Position numbers and translations under genes: made by a program. From contig JALEQJ010000024.1 of NCBI GenBank assembly GCA_022764505.1, positions 2,287-66,286 on the forward strand: 64,000 nucleotides of DNA. The letters are read 5' to 3'. Shown here piece after piece: positions 1-7,964 of this stretch. Positions within the stretch are counted from its first letter, which is position 1; every line of letters begins with the position of its first letter. The notes beneath the pieces are model-generated. The model did not search any database. It saw nothing but the letters and a program-made list of their open reading frames with translations, and was not told the DNA's origin. The DNA comes from Phocaeicola sp. (GTDB taxonomy: Bacteria > Bacteroidota > Bacteroidia > Bacteroidales > Bacteroidaceae).

Positions 1-878
1 AGAACGTTAGTTTTAGGAATATTCACTATCAGCTGTTTATGGGCTTGCCAATCCAACCAGCATAAAGTAAAGTCAGATTCCATCATAGATAGCACTTTAC
101 AAGTCAAAGCTACTTCTATCTTAGAAAATAAACTAATTGAACTTAATGCCTTATCTGGACAAGCTATCGTTATGAAGTGCAGACAGGACATATAAAAAGG
201 CTATGGTTGGACTTGAGAGGAAACATAGTGCAGACTACCAACCTTGTGAGAACTTCTCCCAAGCACACGAATTAGCACTGATGCACCCTATATCCATATT
301 GGCAGCATTGAAAATAGGTAAAGTCAAATTAGCTGATACGGTAGATGTAGGTGACGGCATTTATATTTGTAAGGGAGATACCATCAAAGACCATAATTGG
401 CATAGAGGTGGATATGGCAAGATTACTATCAAGCAAGGATTAGCAAGCAGTTCTGATATTGCTGTTTATAAAGCAATGGAAACGGCTTTTAATGGTTACA
501 CCCAAGCATATTATGACCAATTAAAGGATATGGGCATTAATAACCTTGACACTCCTCTACAAATACTTACTACCTACAATTCCATAGCGAACAATAAGAA
601 CAACCAAGCCAATATTGACAGTCTGAAACAGGCATTGGAATATGTGGTAACTGATGGATTGGGACAACCTGCCAAGTCTGATAAGGTACAAATTGCAGGT
701 GAGACAGGGATAGTACAGCTTGAAGATGGAAGTTATATTGTAGAGTTCTGTGGGTACTTCCCTGCCAATGCTCCCCAAGATTCTATCATTGTTTCCATTC
801 ATAAGCAAGAATTACCAGCAAGTGGTGGGATTGATGGCAGGTGATGTGTTTAGGCAGATAATAAACCAAATGAATTAA
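1..878 (+). pseudogene. Frameshifted penicillin-binding-protein transpeptidase-domain lipoprotein (5' end outside window)
   Basis: Frame 1 from base 1 reads RTLVLGIFTISCLWAC (lipobox)...SGQAIVM. Shifts at ~175 and ~198-202 lead via VQTGHIK into ORF 203..844 (DTVDVGDG, HNWHRGGYG, AGETG). A third shift at ~827 restores LMAGDVFRQIINQMN* ending at 878. Confidence 0.8.
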
Positions 879-879
879 C

Positions 880-1122
880 ATGAAAGTAGATTTATGCAAA
901 GTGGCTAAGAGCCTATTGAAATACTATTTAATCTATCACATTGTCTTTGACTTGTACATATTGGGGCAATTTGCCTATTACTACTTTTCTGCAAGTCAAT
1001 CAACATGGTATCATAGAATGATAGACAATCCTGTAATGTTGATAGATTTTCTCATAGCAGGACCAATATCTGTGATAAGTGGAATAATCAGCATTATAAT
1101 TCTACAATTAAACGATATTTGA
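880..1122 (+). CDS. Small hypothetical membrane protein (80 aa)
   Basis: ATG lies 1 nt after the restored PBP stop; two hydrophobic segments. Confidence 0.55.
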   Translation: MKVDLCKVAKSLLKYYLIYHIVFDLYILGQFAYYYFSASQSTWYHRMIDNPVMLIDFLIAGPISVISGIISIIILQLNDI

Positions 1123-1155
1123 AATATCTTATATTATACATTTAATTATTTAACA

Positions 1156-1610
1156 ATGAAAACTTTAAGATTATTGAAACGACCTTGCTAATGGTCATGT
1201 TGGCTGTAAACTTTACAGCATGTAGTGATGATGACGATGAACAGACAATCATTGAACAAGCCAACCTTATAGGTAAATGGCAGTCCACTTGGGAGAAGAT
1301 TCACAAAGTGGAGAATGACAAGGAAGTGGTTACCTCTGATGATGCCTACACCAATGGCTTATGGGAGTTCAAAACTGACGGTACTTGCATAGAGAGCCGC
1401 GTTGAAGGTGGATATACAGAAACAAGTCGCTGGTCTTTGAAAGACAATAAACTGACTATCTCTTACAATGACGGTTCTTCGAATGTCCTTACTATCAATG
1501 AGCTTACAGCTACTAAGTTGGTACTTGCCCTTGAGGATTGGGACACAATGGATGATGGCAGCGAGGAATTGGACGATATTACAACAACCACTTACAAGAA
1601 GATTGACTAA
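1156..1610 (+). pseudogene. Lipocalin-like lipoprotein with frameshift in the signal peptide
   Basis: ATG at 1156 (MKTLRL) is 29 nt from the TTG at 1185, so out of frame. ORF 1185..1610 has lipobox FTAC, an acidic run SDDDDE, a lipocalin-like N-terminal motif LIGKWQ and a WSLKDNKLTI motif. Confidence 0.65.
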
Positions 1611-1673
1611 TTAACAAACTTATTTAAGGCAGAGCAGCATTTGAGGGAACTCTTATGCTACTCACTTCTATAA

Positions 1674-2045
1674 CTATTTCATAAATACAAAATAAACAGC
1701 CAATATCAAGCAAATAAAGGCAGCTATATGATTCCAGTGCAAAGCTTCACCTTTAAAGAATACAGTTGTAAAAACTGTGAATATAATTAGAGTTATTACT
1801 TCTTGAAGAACTTTCAACTGCATCAATGAAAATGGTCCTCCATTACCTACATATCCAATGCGATTCGCTGGAATTTGACAAGAATACTCAAAAAAAGCGA
1901 TTGACCAACTAAAAGCTATCACTCCTATCAATGGAAGAGCTGCAAACCAAGAATATTCCTGTTTCATCTTTAAATGACCATACCAAGCAAAAGTCATAAA
2001 GACATTTGATATTATAAGCAGTAAAACTGTGTAAAGAGCTTTCAT
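1674..2045 (-). CDS. DMT family small membrane protein (DUF486-like), full length
   Basis: SNVFMTFAWYGHLK, FFEY..QIPANRIG and QLKVLQEVITL motifs; four hydrophobic helices. Confidence 0.85.
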   Translation of the reverse strand: MKALYTVLLLIISNVFMTFAWYGHLKMKQEYSWFAALPLIGVIAFSWSIAFFEYSCQIPANRIGYVGNGGPFSLMQLKVLQEVITLIIFTVFTTVFFKGEALHWNHIAAFICLILAVYFVFMK

Positions 2046-2079
2046 ATTATTCTAATTCTACTATACATTAATTTATATA

Positions 2080-2286
2080 TCAACGTGAAATGTTAAATCT
2101 CCAGTTGGGTTTTTCTGTTTTATTATACTCAAAGAAAGCAATAGACCAGCTAAAGACGATTACACCGATGAGTGGAAGATTGGCAAACCAAGAAAATTCC
2201 TGTTTCATTTTCAAGTGTCCATACCACGCAAAAGTCATAAAGACATTGGAAACAAGAAGTAGAAAAATAGTATAAAACGCTTTCAT
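2080..2286 (-). pseudogene. 5' half of a second DMT family gene, truncated after ...FFEY
   Basis: First 54 codons align with 1674..2045; similarity stops abruptly at 2125 and an unrelated tail NKTEKPNWRFNISR follows. Confidence 0.85.
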
Positions 2287-2468
2287 ATTATAGGGCTATT
2301 ATATGTATATGGTGTAAAATCCAATGGTAACTGCAAAATTAGAGAATGTGTTTGATGTAAGTTTCTTTGAGGAGAGAGAAAAGTGTAGGGAAACATATTC
2401 TGCTACGCATTAAGGAAGAGAATTAAAACAAAAGCCGTACAAAATTCGTATTCTTGTGCTGTCTTCTA

Positions 2469-2476
2469 TATCTTTG
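2469..2476 (+). promoter_or_regulatory. Bacteroidota sigma70 -7 box (TATCTTTG) for wecB-tkt-rpiB
   Basis: Matches TAnnTTTG ~45 nt upstream of ATG 2519. Confidence 0.6.
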
Positions 2477-2518
2477 TAGCATTCTAATTTAACGCAGATA
2501 TTACGCTATAAAGAAGTA

Positions 2519-3625
2519 ATGAAAATAACCATTGTATCGGGGGCACGCCCCAATTTCATGAAGATTGCTCCTATCTGTAGAGCTATCGAAACTGCTAAGG
2601 TTCAAGGTAAAAATGTATCTTATCGTTTGGTTTATACGGGGGCAGAGAATGATCCCAGTATAGATGCCTCTTTGTTTTTTGACCTTGCTATGCAACGTCC
2701 GGATACTTATTTGGGCGTTACGGGTACCAATCAGTCCGAGATCACAGGAGCCATTATGGTGGCATTTGAGAAAGAATTGGACGAAAATCCGGCACACATC
2801 GTTTTGGTTGTAGACGACCTTACTGCTACGATGAGTTGCTCTATTGTAGCAAAGAAGCGTGGACTGAAAGTGGCGCATCTCATAGCAGGAACTCGTTCTT
2901 TTGATATGAATATGCCTCGTGAGGTAAATCGTACCATAGCAGATGCCATTTCTGATTTCCTCTTTACGGCAGGTATGGTAGCCAATAGAAACCTCAATCA
3001 AGAGGGTATGATCCCGGAATACATACATTATGTAGGCAATATCCTCATAGATAATATCCGTTTTAATCGTGCACGCTTTGAAGAGCCTGTTTGGTTCAAA
3101 ACGTTGGGTATAAAAAAAGGACATTATTTATTGCTTACTCTCAATAGAAGAGACTTACTTTCTCAAGAACTGAAACTGAAAGAAATGTTAGATGTGGTGA
3201 TGAAAGAAGTTGGAAACTTGCAAGTGGTAGCTCCCCTGCACGATTATGCAGAAACAGCATTGAAGGAAATAGGTGCTTGTTATCCAAACTTGCATATACT
3301 TCCCCCTCAAAGCTATCTCCATTTCGGATATTTGATGAACAATGCGAAGGGTATCATCACAGATTCGGGGAACTTGGCAGAGGAGGCTACTTTTTTAGAT
3401 GTTCCTTGTATTACGCTAAACTCTTATGCAGAGCACCCGGAAACTTGGCGTATGGGAACCAATGAGTTGGTTGGAGACGACTTAGATGCCTTACAACGCT
3501 TATTGAAACAACTGATAAAGGGAGAGTGGAAACACGCTACACTACCGGATAGATGGGACGGACGTACAGCAGATCGCATTGTCCAAATCCTCTTAGAGAG
3601 CGAAAAACATAGTAGAAATATATAA
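2519..3625 (+). CDS. wecB: UDP-N-acetylglucosamine 2-epimerase (non-hydrolysing)
   Basis: GARPNFMKIAP, GLKVAHL.AG.RS, TDSG and RWDGRTA.RI motifs. Confidence 0.9.
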   Translation: MKITIVSGARPNFMKIAPICRAIETAKVQGKNVSYRLVYTGAENDPSIDASLFFDLAMQRPDTYLGVTGTNQSEITGAIMVAFEKELDENPAHIVLVVDDLTATMSCSIVAKKRGLKVAHLIAGTRSFDMNMPREVNRTIADAISDFLFTAGMVANRNLNQEGMIPEYIHYVGNILIDNIRFNRARFEEPVWFKTLGIKKGHYLLLTLNRRDLLSQELKLKEMLDVVMKEVGNLQVVAPLHDYAETALKEIGACYPNLHILPPQSYLHFGYLMNNAKGIITDSGNLAEEATFLDVPCITLNSYAEHPETWRMGTNELVGDDLDALQRLLKQLIKGEWKHATLPDRWDGRTADRIVQILLESEKHSRNI

Positions 3626-3650
3626 TAAAAACATTTAATACCACCCCAAT

Positions 3651-5672
3651 ATGAATGAGAAACGTATTATGAATCTTGCTGCAGATAATATCCGTATCCT
3701 TGCGGCTTCAATGGTAGAAAAAGCCAATTCCGGACACCCAGGAGGAGCAATGGGAGGCGCGGATTTTATCAATGTACTTTATGCAGAGTACCTCGTACAC
3801 GATCCTAATAACCCACGATGGGAAGGAAGAGACCGTCTTTTCTTAGATCCGGGACATATGTCGCCAATGCTTTATTCACAGTTGGCACTTACCGGAAAAT
3901 ATACTATAGACGAGCTAAAACAATTCCGTCAATGGGGTTCTCCTACACCCGGACACCCGGAAGTAGATATAGATAGAGGAGTAGAAAATACTTCGGGACC
4001 ACTCGGACAAGGACATACTTTCGCAGTAGGTGCAGCTATTGCAGCTAAGTTCTTAGCAGCTCGTACGGGTAATCCTACTTTTAGTAAAGAAACCATTTAT
4101 GCTTATATCTCAGATGGTGGTATACAAGAAGAAATCTCTCAAGGCAGTGGTCGTATAGCTGCGGCTTTGGGTTTGGATAACCTTATTATGTTCTATGACT
4201 CCAATGATATACAATTGTCTACAGAGACAAAAGATGTAACCATAGAAGATACTGCGATGAAGTATCGGGCATGGGGTTGGCACGTAATAGAAATTAATGG
4301 TAACGATTGCGACCAGATACGTGCAGCTCTGAACGAGGCAAAAGCAGTAATGGGGCAACCTACCTTAATTATCGGTAAGTGTATTATGGGTAAAGGAGCA
4401 AGAAAGGAAGATAATTCTTCTTACGAGAACTCTACAAAAACACATGGTGCGCCATTAGGTGGAAACGCTTATCGCAATACAATCTTGAATTTGGGTGGAA
4501 ATCCTGATGAACCTTTCGTCATCTTTGATGAAGTGAAAGAACTCTATGCACGTAGAGAAAAAGAACTTATAGCTATTGTAGCAGAGAGAAGGAAAGAAGA
4601 AGAAGTATGGGCAAAAGCTAATCCGGAAAAAGCTGCGCAACAGAAAGATTGGTTTAGTGGAAAAGCTCCGGAAATAAATTGGGCAAACATCATTCAGAAA
4701 CCGGGAGATGCTACAAGAAATGCTTCGGCTACAGTCTTGTCTGCTTTGGCAGAACAAGTACCCAATATGATTTGTGCTTCGGCAGATCTTTGTAATTCTG
4801 ACAAGACAGATGGCTTCTTGAAGAAGACCAAAGCATTGACTAAAGGTGATTTTACAGGTGGATTCTTCCAAGCAGGGGTAGCAGAATTGGCTATGGCTTG
4901 TATCTGTATCGGTATGTCTCTTCATGGTGGTGTAATTACAGCTTGTGGCACATTCTTCGTTTTCTCAGATTATATGAAACCTGCTGTGCGTATGGCTGCT
5001 TTGATGCAAGTGCCTATTAAGTTTATATGGAGTCACGATGCTTTCCGTGTAGGTGAAGATGGTCCTACACATGAACCAGTAGAGCAAGAAGCACAAATTC
5101 GTCTTATGGAGAAACTCAAAAATCACCACGGACAAAATTCAATGCTAGTACTTCGTCCGGCAGATGTAGAAGAAACAACTGTGGCATGGAAACTTGCTAT
5201 GGAGAATACTCAAACACCTACAGGATTGATTTTTTCTCGCCAAAATATAGCGATGCTTCCGGAAGGAACGCCTTATGCAGAAGCTGCAAAAGGTGCATAC
5301 ATTGTGAAAGAAGCAGAAGGTGGTGCACCGGATGTAATCTTGGTAGCTTCAGGATCCGAAGTTTCTACATTGGCAGAGGGTGCTTTATTGCTGAACAAAG
5401 ATGGTATTAGAACACGCTTGGTATCTGTTCCCTCGGAAGGTCTTTTCCGTAACCAACCGGTAGGATATCAAGAAAAGATATTGCCAGCGCATATCAAGAA
5501 ATTTGGTCTTACTGCCGGATTGCCGGTAAACTTAGCTGGCTTAGTAGGAGAAAATGGTAAAATTTGGGGCTTAGAGTCCTTCGGTTTCTCTGCTCCTTAT
5601 AAGGTGCTTGATGAGAAATTAGGCTTTACAGCTCAAAATGTGTACGAACAAGTAAAAACATTACTCAGATGA
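3651..5672 (+). CDS. tkt: Transketolase
   Basis: ANSGHPGG, TSGPLGQG, SDGGIQE and GEDGPTHEPVEQ motifs. Confidence 0.97.
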   Translation: MNEKRIMNLAADNIRILAASMVEKANSGHPGGAMGGADFINVLYAEYLVHDPNNPRWEGRDRLFLDPGHMSPMLYSQLALTGKYTIDELKQFRQWGSPTPGHPEVDIDRGVENTSGPLGQGHTFAVGAAIAAKFLAARTGNPTFSKETIYAYISDGGIQEEISQGSGRIAAALGLDNLIMFYDSNDIQLSTETKDVTIEDTAMKYRAWGWHVIEINGNDCDQIRAALNEAKAVMGQPTLIIGKCIMGKGARKEDNSSYENSTKTHGAPLGGNAYRNTILNLGGNPDEPFVIFDEVKELYARREKELIAIVAERRKEEEVWAKANPEKAAQQKDWFSGKAPEINWANIIQKPGDATRNASATVLSALAEQVPNMICASADLCNSDKTDGFLKKTKALTKGDFTGGFFQAGVAELAMACICIGMSLHGGVITACGTFFVFSDYMKPAVRMAALMQVPIKFIWSHDAFRVGEDGPTHEPVEQEAQIRLMEKLKNHHGQNSMLVLRPADVEETTVAWKLAMENTQTPTGLIFSRQNIAMLPEGTPYAEAAKGAYIVKEAEGGAPDVILVASGSEVSTLAEGALLLNKDGIRTRLVSVPSEGLFRNQPVGYQEKILPAHIKKFGLTAGLPVNLAGLVGENGKIWGLESFGFSAPYKVLDEKLGFTAQNVYEQVKTLLR

Positions 5673-6103
5673 AACCTATAGGATTGGCGGCAGATCACGC
5701 AGGCTATGAACTCAAAGAGTTTGTCAAAGCTTGGCTCACAGAAAAAGGCTTAACATATCAAGACTTTGGTACATACGGTACAGAGAGTGTAGATTATCCC
5801 GATTTTGCACACGCCTTGGGTAATGCCATTGATACAGGTGTTTGCGATAGAGGTATTGCAGTTTGTGGAAGTGGTCAAGGTATCAGTATCTCCCTCAATA
5901 AACACCAGTCTGTGCGTGCTGCCTTGTGTTGGATACCGGAAATAGCACATTTGGCACGTCAGCACAATGATGCGAATGTGTTAAGTATGCCGGGTAGATT
6001 TATAGACGAAGCCACAGCTCGTACTATATTGGAAGCATTCTTCGATACTCCTTTTGAAGGAGGAAGACATACCGCTCGTGTAAACAAAATCCCTCTCAAA
6101 TAA
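5669..6103 (+). CDS. rpiB: Ribose-5-phosphate isomerase B
   Basis: ADHAG, DYPD, CGSGQG, HNDAN and FEGGRH motifs; 4-nt overlap with tkt. Confidence 0.95.
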   Translation: MKPIGLAADHAGYELKEFVKAWLTEKGLTYQDFGTYGTESVDYPDFAHALGNAIDTGVCDRGIAVCGSGQGISISLNKHQSVRAALCWIPEIAHLARQHNDANVLSMPGRFIDEATARTILEAFFDTPFEGGRHTARVNKIPLK

Positions 6104-6120
6104 AGGGAATAAACGCTATG

Positions 6121-6158
6121 AACAAAAAAGGCTACAGTACACTGTAGCCTTTTTTGTT
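6121..6158. terminator. Bidirectional intrinsic terminator between rpiB and the ABC permease
   Basis: Perfect 18-bp inverted repeat AACAAAAAAGGCTACAGT-ac-ACTGTAGCCTTTTTTGTT between convergent genes. Confidence 0.9.
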
Positions 6159-6175
6159 GATGTAATAAGAGTTTT

Positions 6176-6988
6176 TTATTTCCCTAAAATATGAAAACCT
6201 GTTACGTAGGTTTTACAGAAAAGTCTGTGAGAAAACCAGATATTAAAGGAAGTAAGTGCCAATAATATGAAGAACCATATATTATTGGGAGATATGTATA
6301 AAAATAATAAATCTAGATCTCCTACTATAATGCCTACTGTAGCTACTACTGCATAGAAGACAGTGAAAGCTATCACGGTCTTCACAAATGCATTCTTTCT
6401 GAAAATAGCACTTCCTAATAAATAGACAGAGTACTGAAAAAGCAGATGAGGAAGTAGAGGATTTAGATAATGTGTATTGTTATTTAGATAGTCTGTATAA
6501 ATAAAGAGTTCTCCCCAATTAGGTAATTTAAGGGTTTCTATGATGATAGAGGCAGATGTGCCGAATAGCAACATTTGCAACAATATGGAAAATGCTTCTG
6601 TAATGAGTATTACTACGAGTAGTGATATGATAGCAAAACTTGTGGTGATAATGAGTCGGGAGAGAAATTTCTCTGTAAGCGATGCAGGAAGTAATAAGTA
6701 ATTCAAACGCTTATCTCTTCTATTCAACGGATTGAAGGTAATAGAAATAGCAATGTGTAAGAATAGTCCACTGATGGCTGCTATGATAACACCCAATATG
6801 ACAATATCTCTGCTTAGAATGTTCGGTGTAACCGCATTGTCATTGCCATACCAGACTCCCAATACCCATAAAAGTACGGCGATAATGGAGCTTGCCAGTA
6901 GTGTACCTACATATATAAGGTAAGTTTTTTTGTTCTCCTTGAGGTCTTTGGTAACCAATAGATGGAGGCGTTGTGTATTTATATCCAT
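6176..6988 (-). CDS. ABC transporter permease-like membrane protein
   Basis: Multi-TM protein with the YLLLPASLTEKFLSR motif typical of Bacteroidales ABC-2-type permeases; directly downstream of the ATPase. Confidence 0.75.
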   Translation of the reverse strand: MDINTQRLHLLVTKDLKENKKTYLIYVGTLLASSIIAVLLWVLGVWYGNDNAVTPNILSRDIVILGVIIAAISGLFLHIAISITFNPLNRRDKRLNYLLLPASLTEKFLSRLIITTSFAIISLLVVILITEAFSILLQMLLFGTSASIIIETLKLPNWGELFIYTDYLNNNTHYLNPLLPHLLFQYSVYLLGSAIFRKNAFVKTVIAFTVFYAVVATVGIIVGDLDLLFLYISPNNIWFFILLALTSFNIWFSHRLFCKTYVTGFHILGK

Positions 6989-7003
6989 AATGTACTATTC
7001 GTT

Positions 7004-7858
7004 TTATGCGTTTGTAGAAAGAGGAGTTTGTAGGAGCCGGTTTACAGCATCGGGAGTGGTGAGCATAGCATTAAAAAGCATCTCTATATTTACATATCCC
7101 GGTGTGTTTCCTGTGCGTGGGCGTATGATGTATTTCCCGGTAGGAGAAGGCTGAGAATAGACTGCATCTGTTATCTCTTCGTGGGCAGGTACTTCTGTGA
7201 ATTGTATACGTTGCATCACATCGTGTACAGAAGTATTGAGAACGATTTTCCCTTGATTGATCATAATGATATGATCCAAGAGCGTTTCCACATCTTTCAC
7301 TTGATGTGTGGAAATAATGATGGTGCGTTCTGCATTCATTCCTTCTCTGATGACCTTACGGAATTGTTCTTTGGAAGGAATGTCTAAGCCATTGCTGGGT
7401 TCGTCCATAATGAGATAGGGCGTATTGGCAGCCAAAGCTAAACTCATATAAACCTTTTTCTTCTCGCCCATAGATAGTGCACTCAAGTGTACATTCATAT
7501 CCAATCCGAAGATTTGGAGGAAATGTGCCAAGTCTTCTCTACTGAATTTCTCGTAAAACGGTGCATAGATCTTGATATAAGCCTCGAGAGAGATAGGAGG
7601 GAGGTAAAATTCTTCTGGAATAAGGAAGAGTTTGGAAAGCATTTCCGGTTTGCGCAGAGAACAGTCGTAACCATAGAGAGAGACCATACCTTTCTGCGTG
7701 GCAAGTAACCCCGCTATAAGGTGTAACAAGGTGGTTTTTCCTTCTCCATTTTTCCCCAGTAAACCGTAGATTTTTCCCGGAGGCAGGCTGAGTGAGAAGT
7801 TGCTGAAGACTTCTTTCTTTGCGCTATATTTATAGCTGATATTTTCTATGTGAATCAT
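7004..7858 (-). CDS. ABC transporter ATP-binding protein
   Basis: Walker A GKNGEGKTT, signature LSMGEKKK, Walker B LIMDEP, H-loop STH. Confidence 0.93.
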   Translation of the reverse strand: MIHIENISYKYSAKKEVFSNFSLSLPPGKIYGLLGKNGEGKTTLLHLIAGLLATQKGMVSLYGYDCSLRKPEMLSKLFLIPEEFYLPPISLEAYIKIYAPFYEKFSREDLAHFLQIFGLDMNVHLSALSMGEKKKVYMSLALAANTPYLIMDEPSNGLDIPSKEQFRKVIREGMNAERTIIISTHQVKDVETLLDHIIMINQGKIVLNTSVHDVMQRIQFTEVPAHEEITDAVYSQPSPTGKYIIRPRTGNTPGYVNIEMLFNAMLTTPDAVNRLLQTPLSTNA

Positions 7859-7964
7859 CGTTTGGTGGATTTATATAATGTATATGTATAAAAAGACGAG
7901 CAGGCTAAGGAGAGAAGTGTGTGCTACTCTTCATTAACTCTACTCGTCTTTATTTGTTAGAACC

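Larger units (their letters stand above)
1..2124. mobile_element. Probable right end of an integrated element or genomic island inserted in a DMT-family gene
   Basis: Junction at ~2125 truncates one DMT gene and a diverged full copy lies inside. Frameshifts cluster here and nowhere else in the window. No integrase is visible, so this is an inference. Confidence 0.55.

Noticed and set aside
2501-3124. 207-aa antisense ORF over wecB
   Set aside because: Shadow of a well-supported gene; no motifs.
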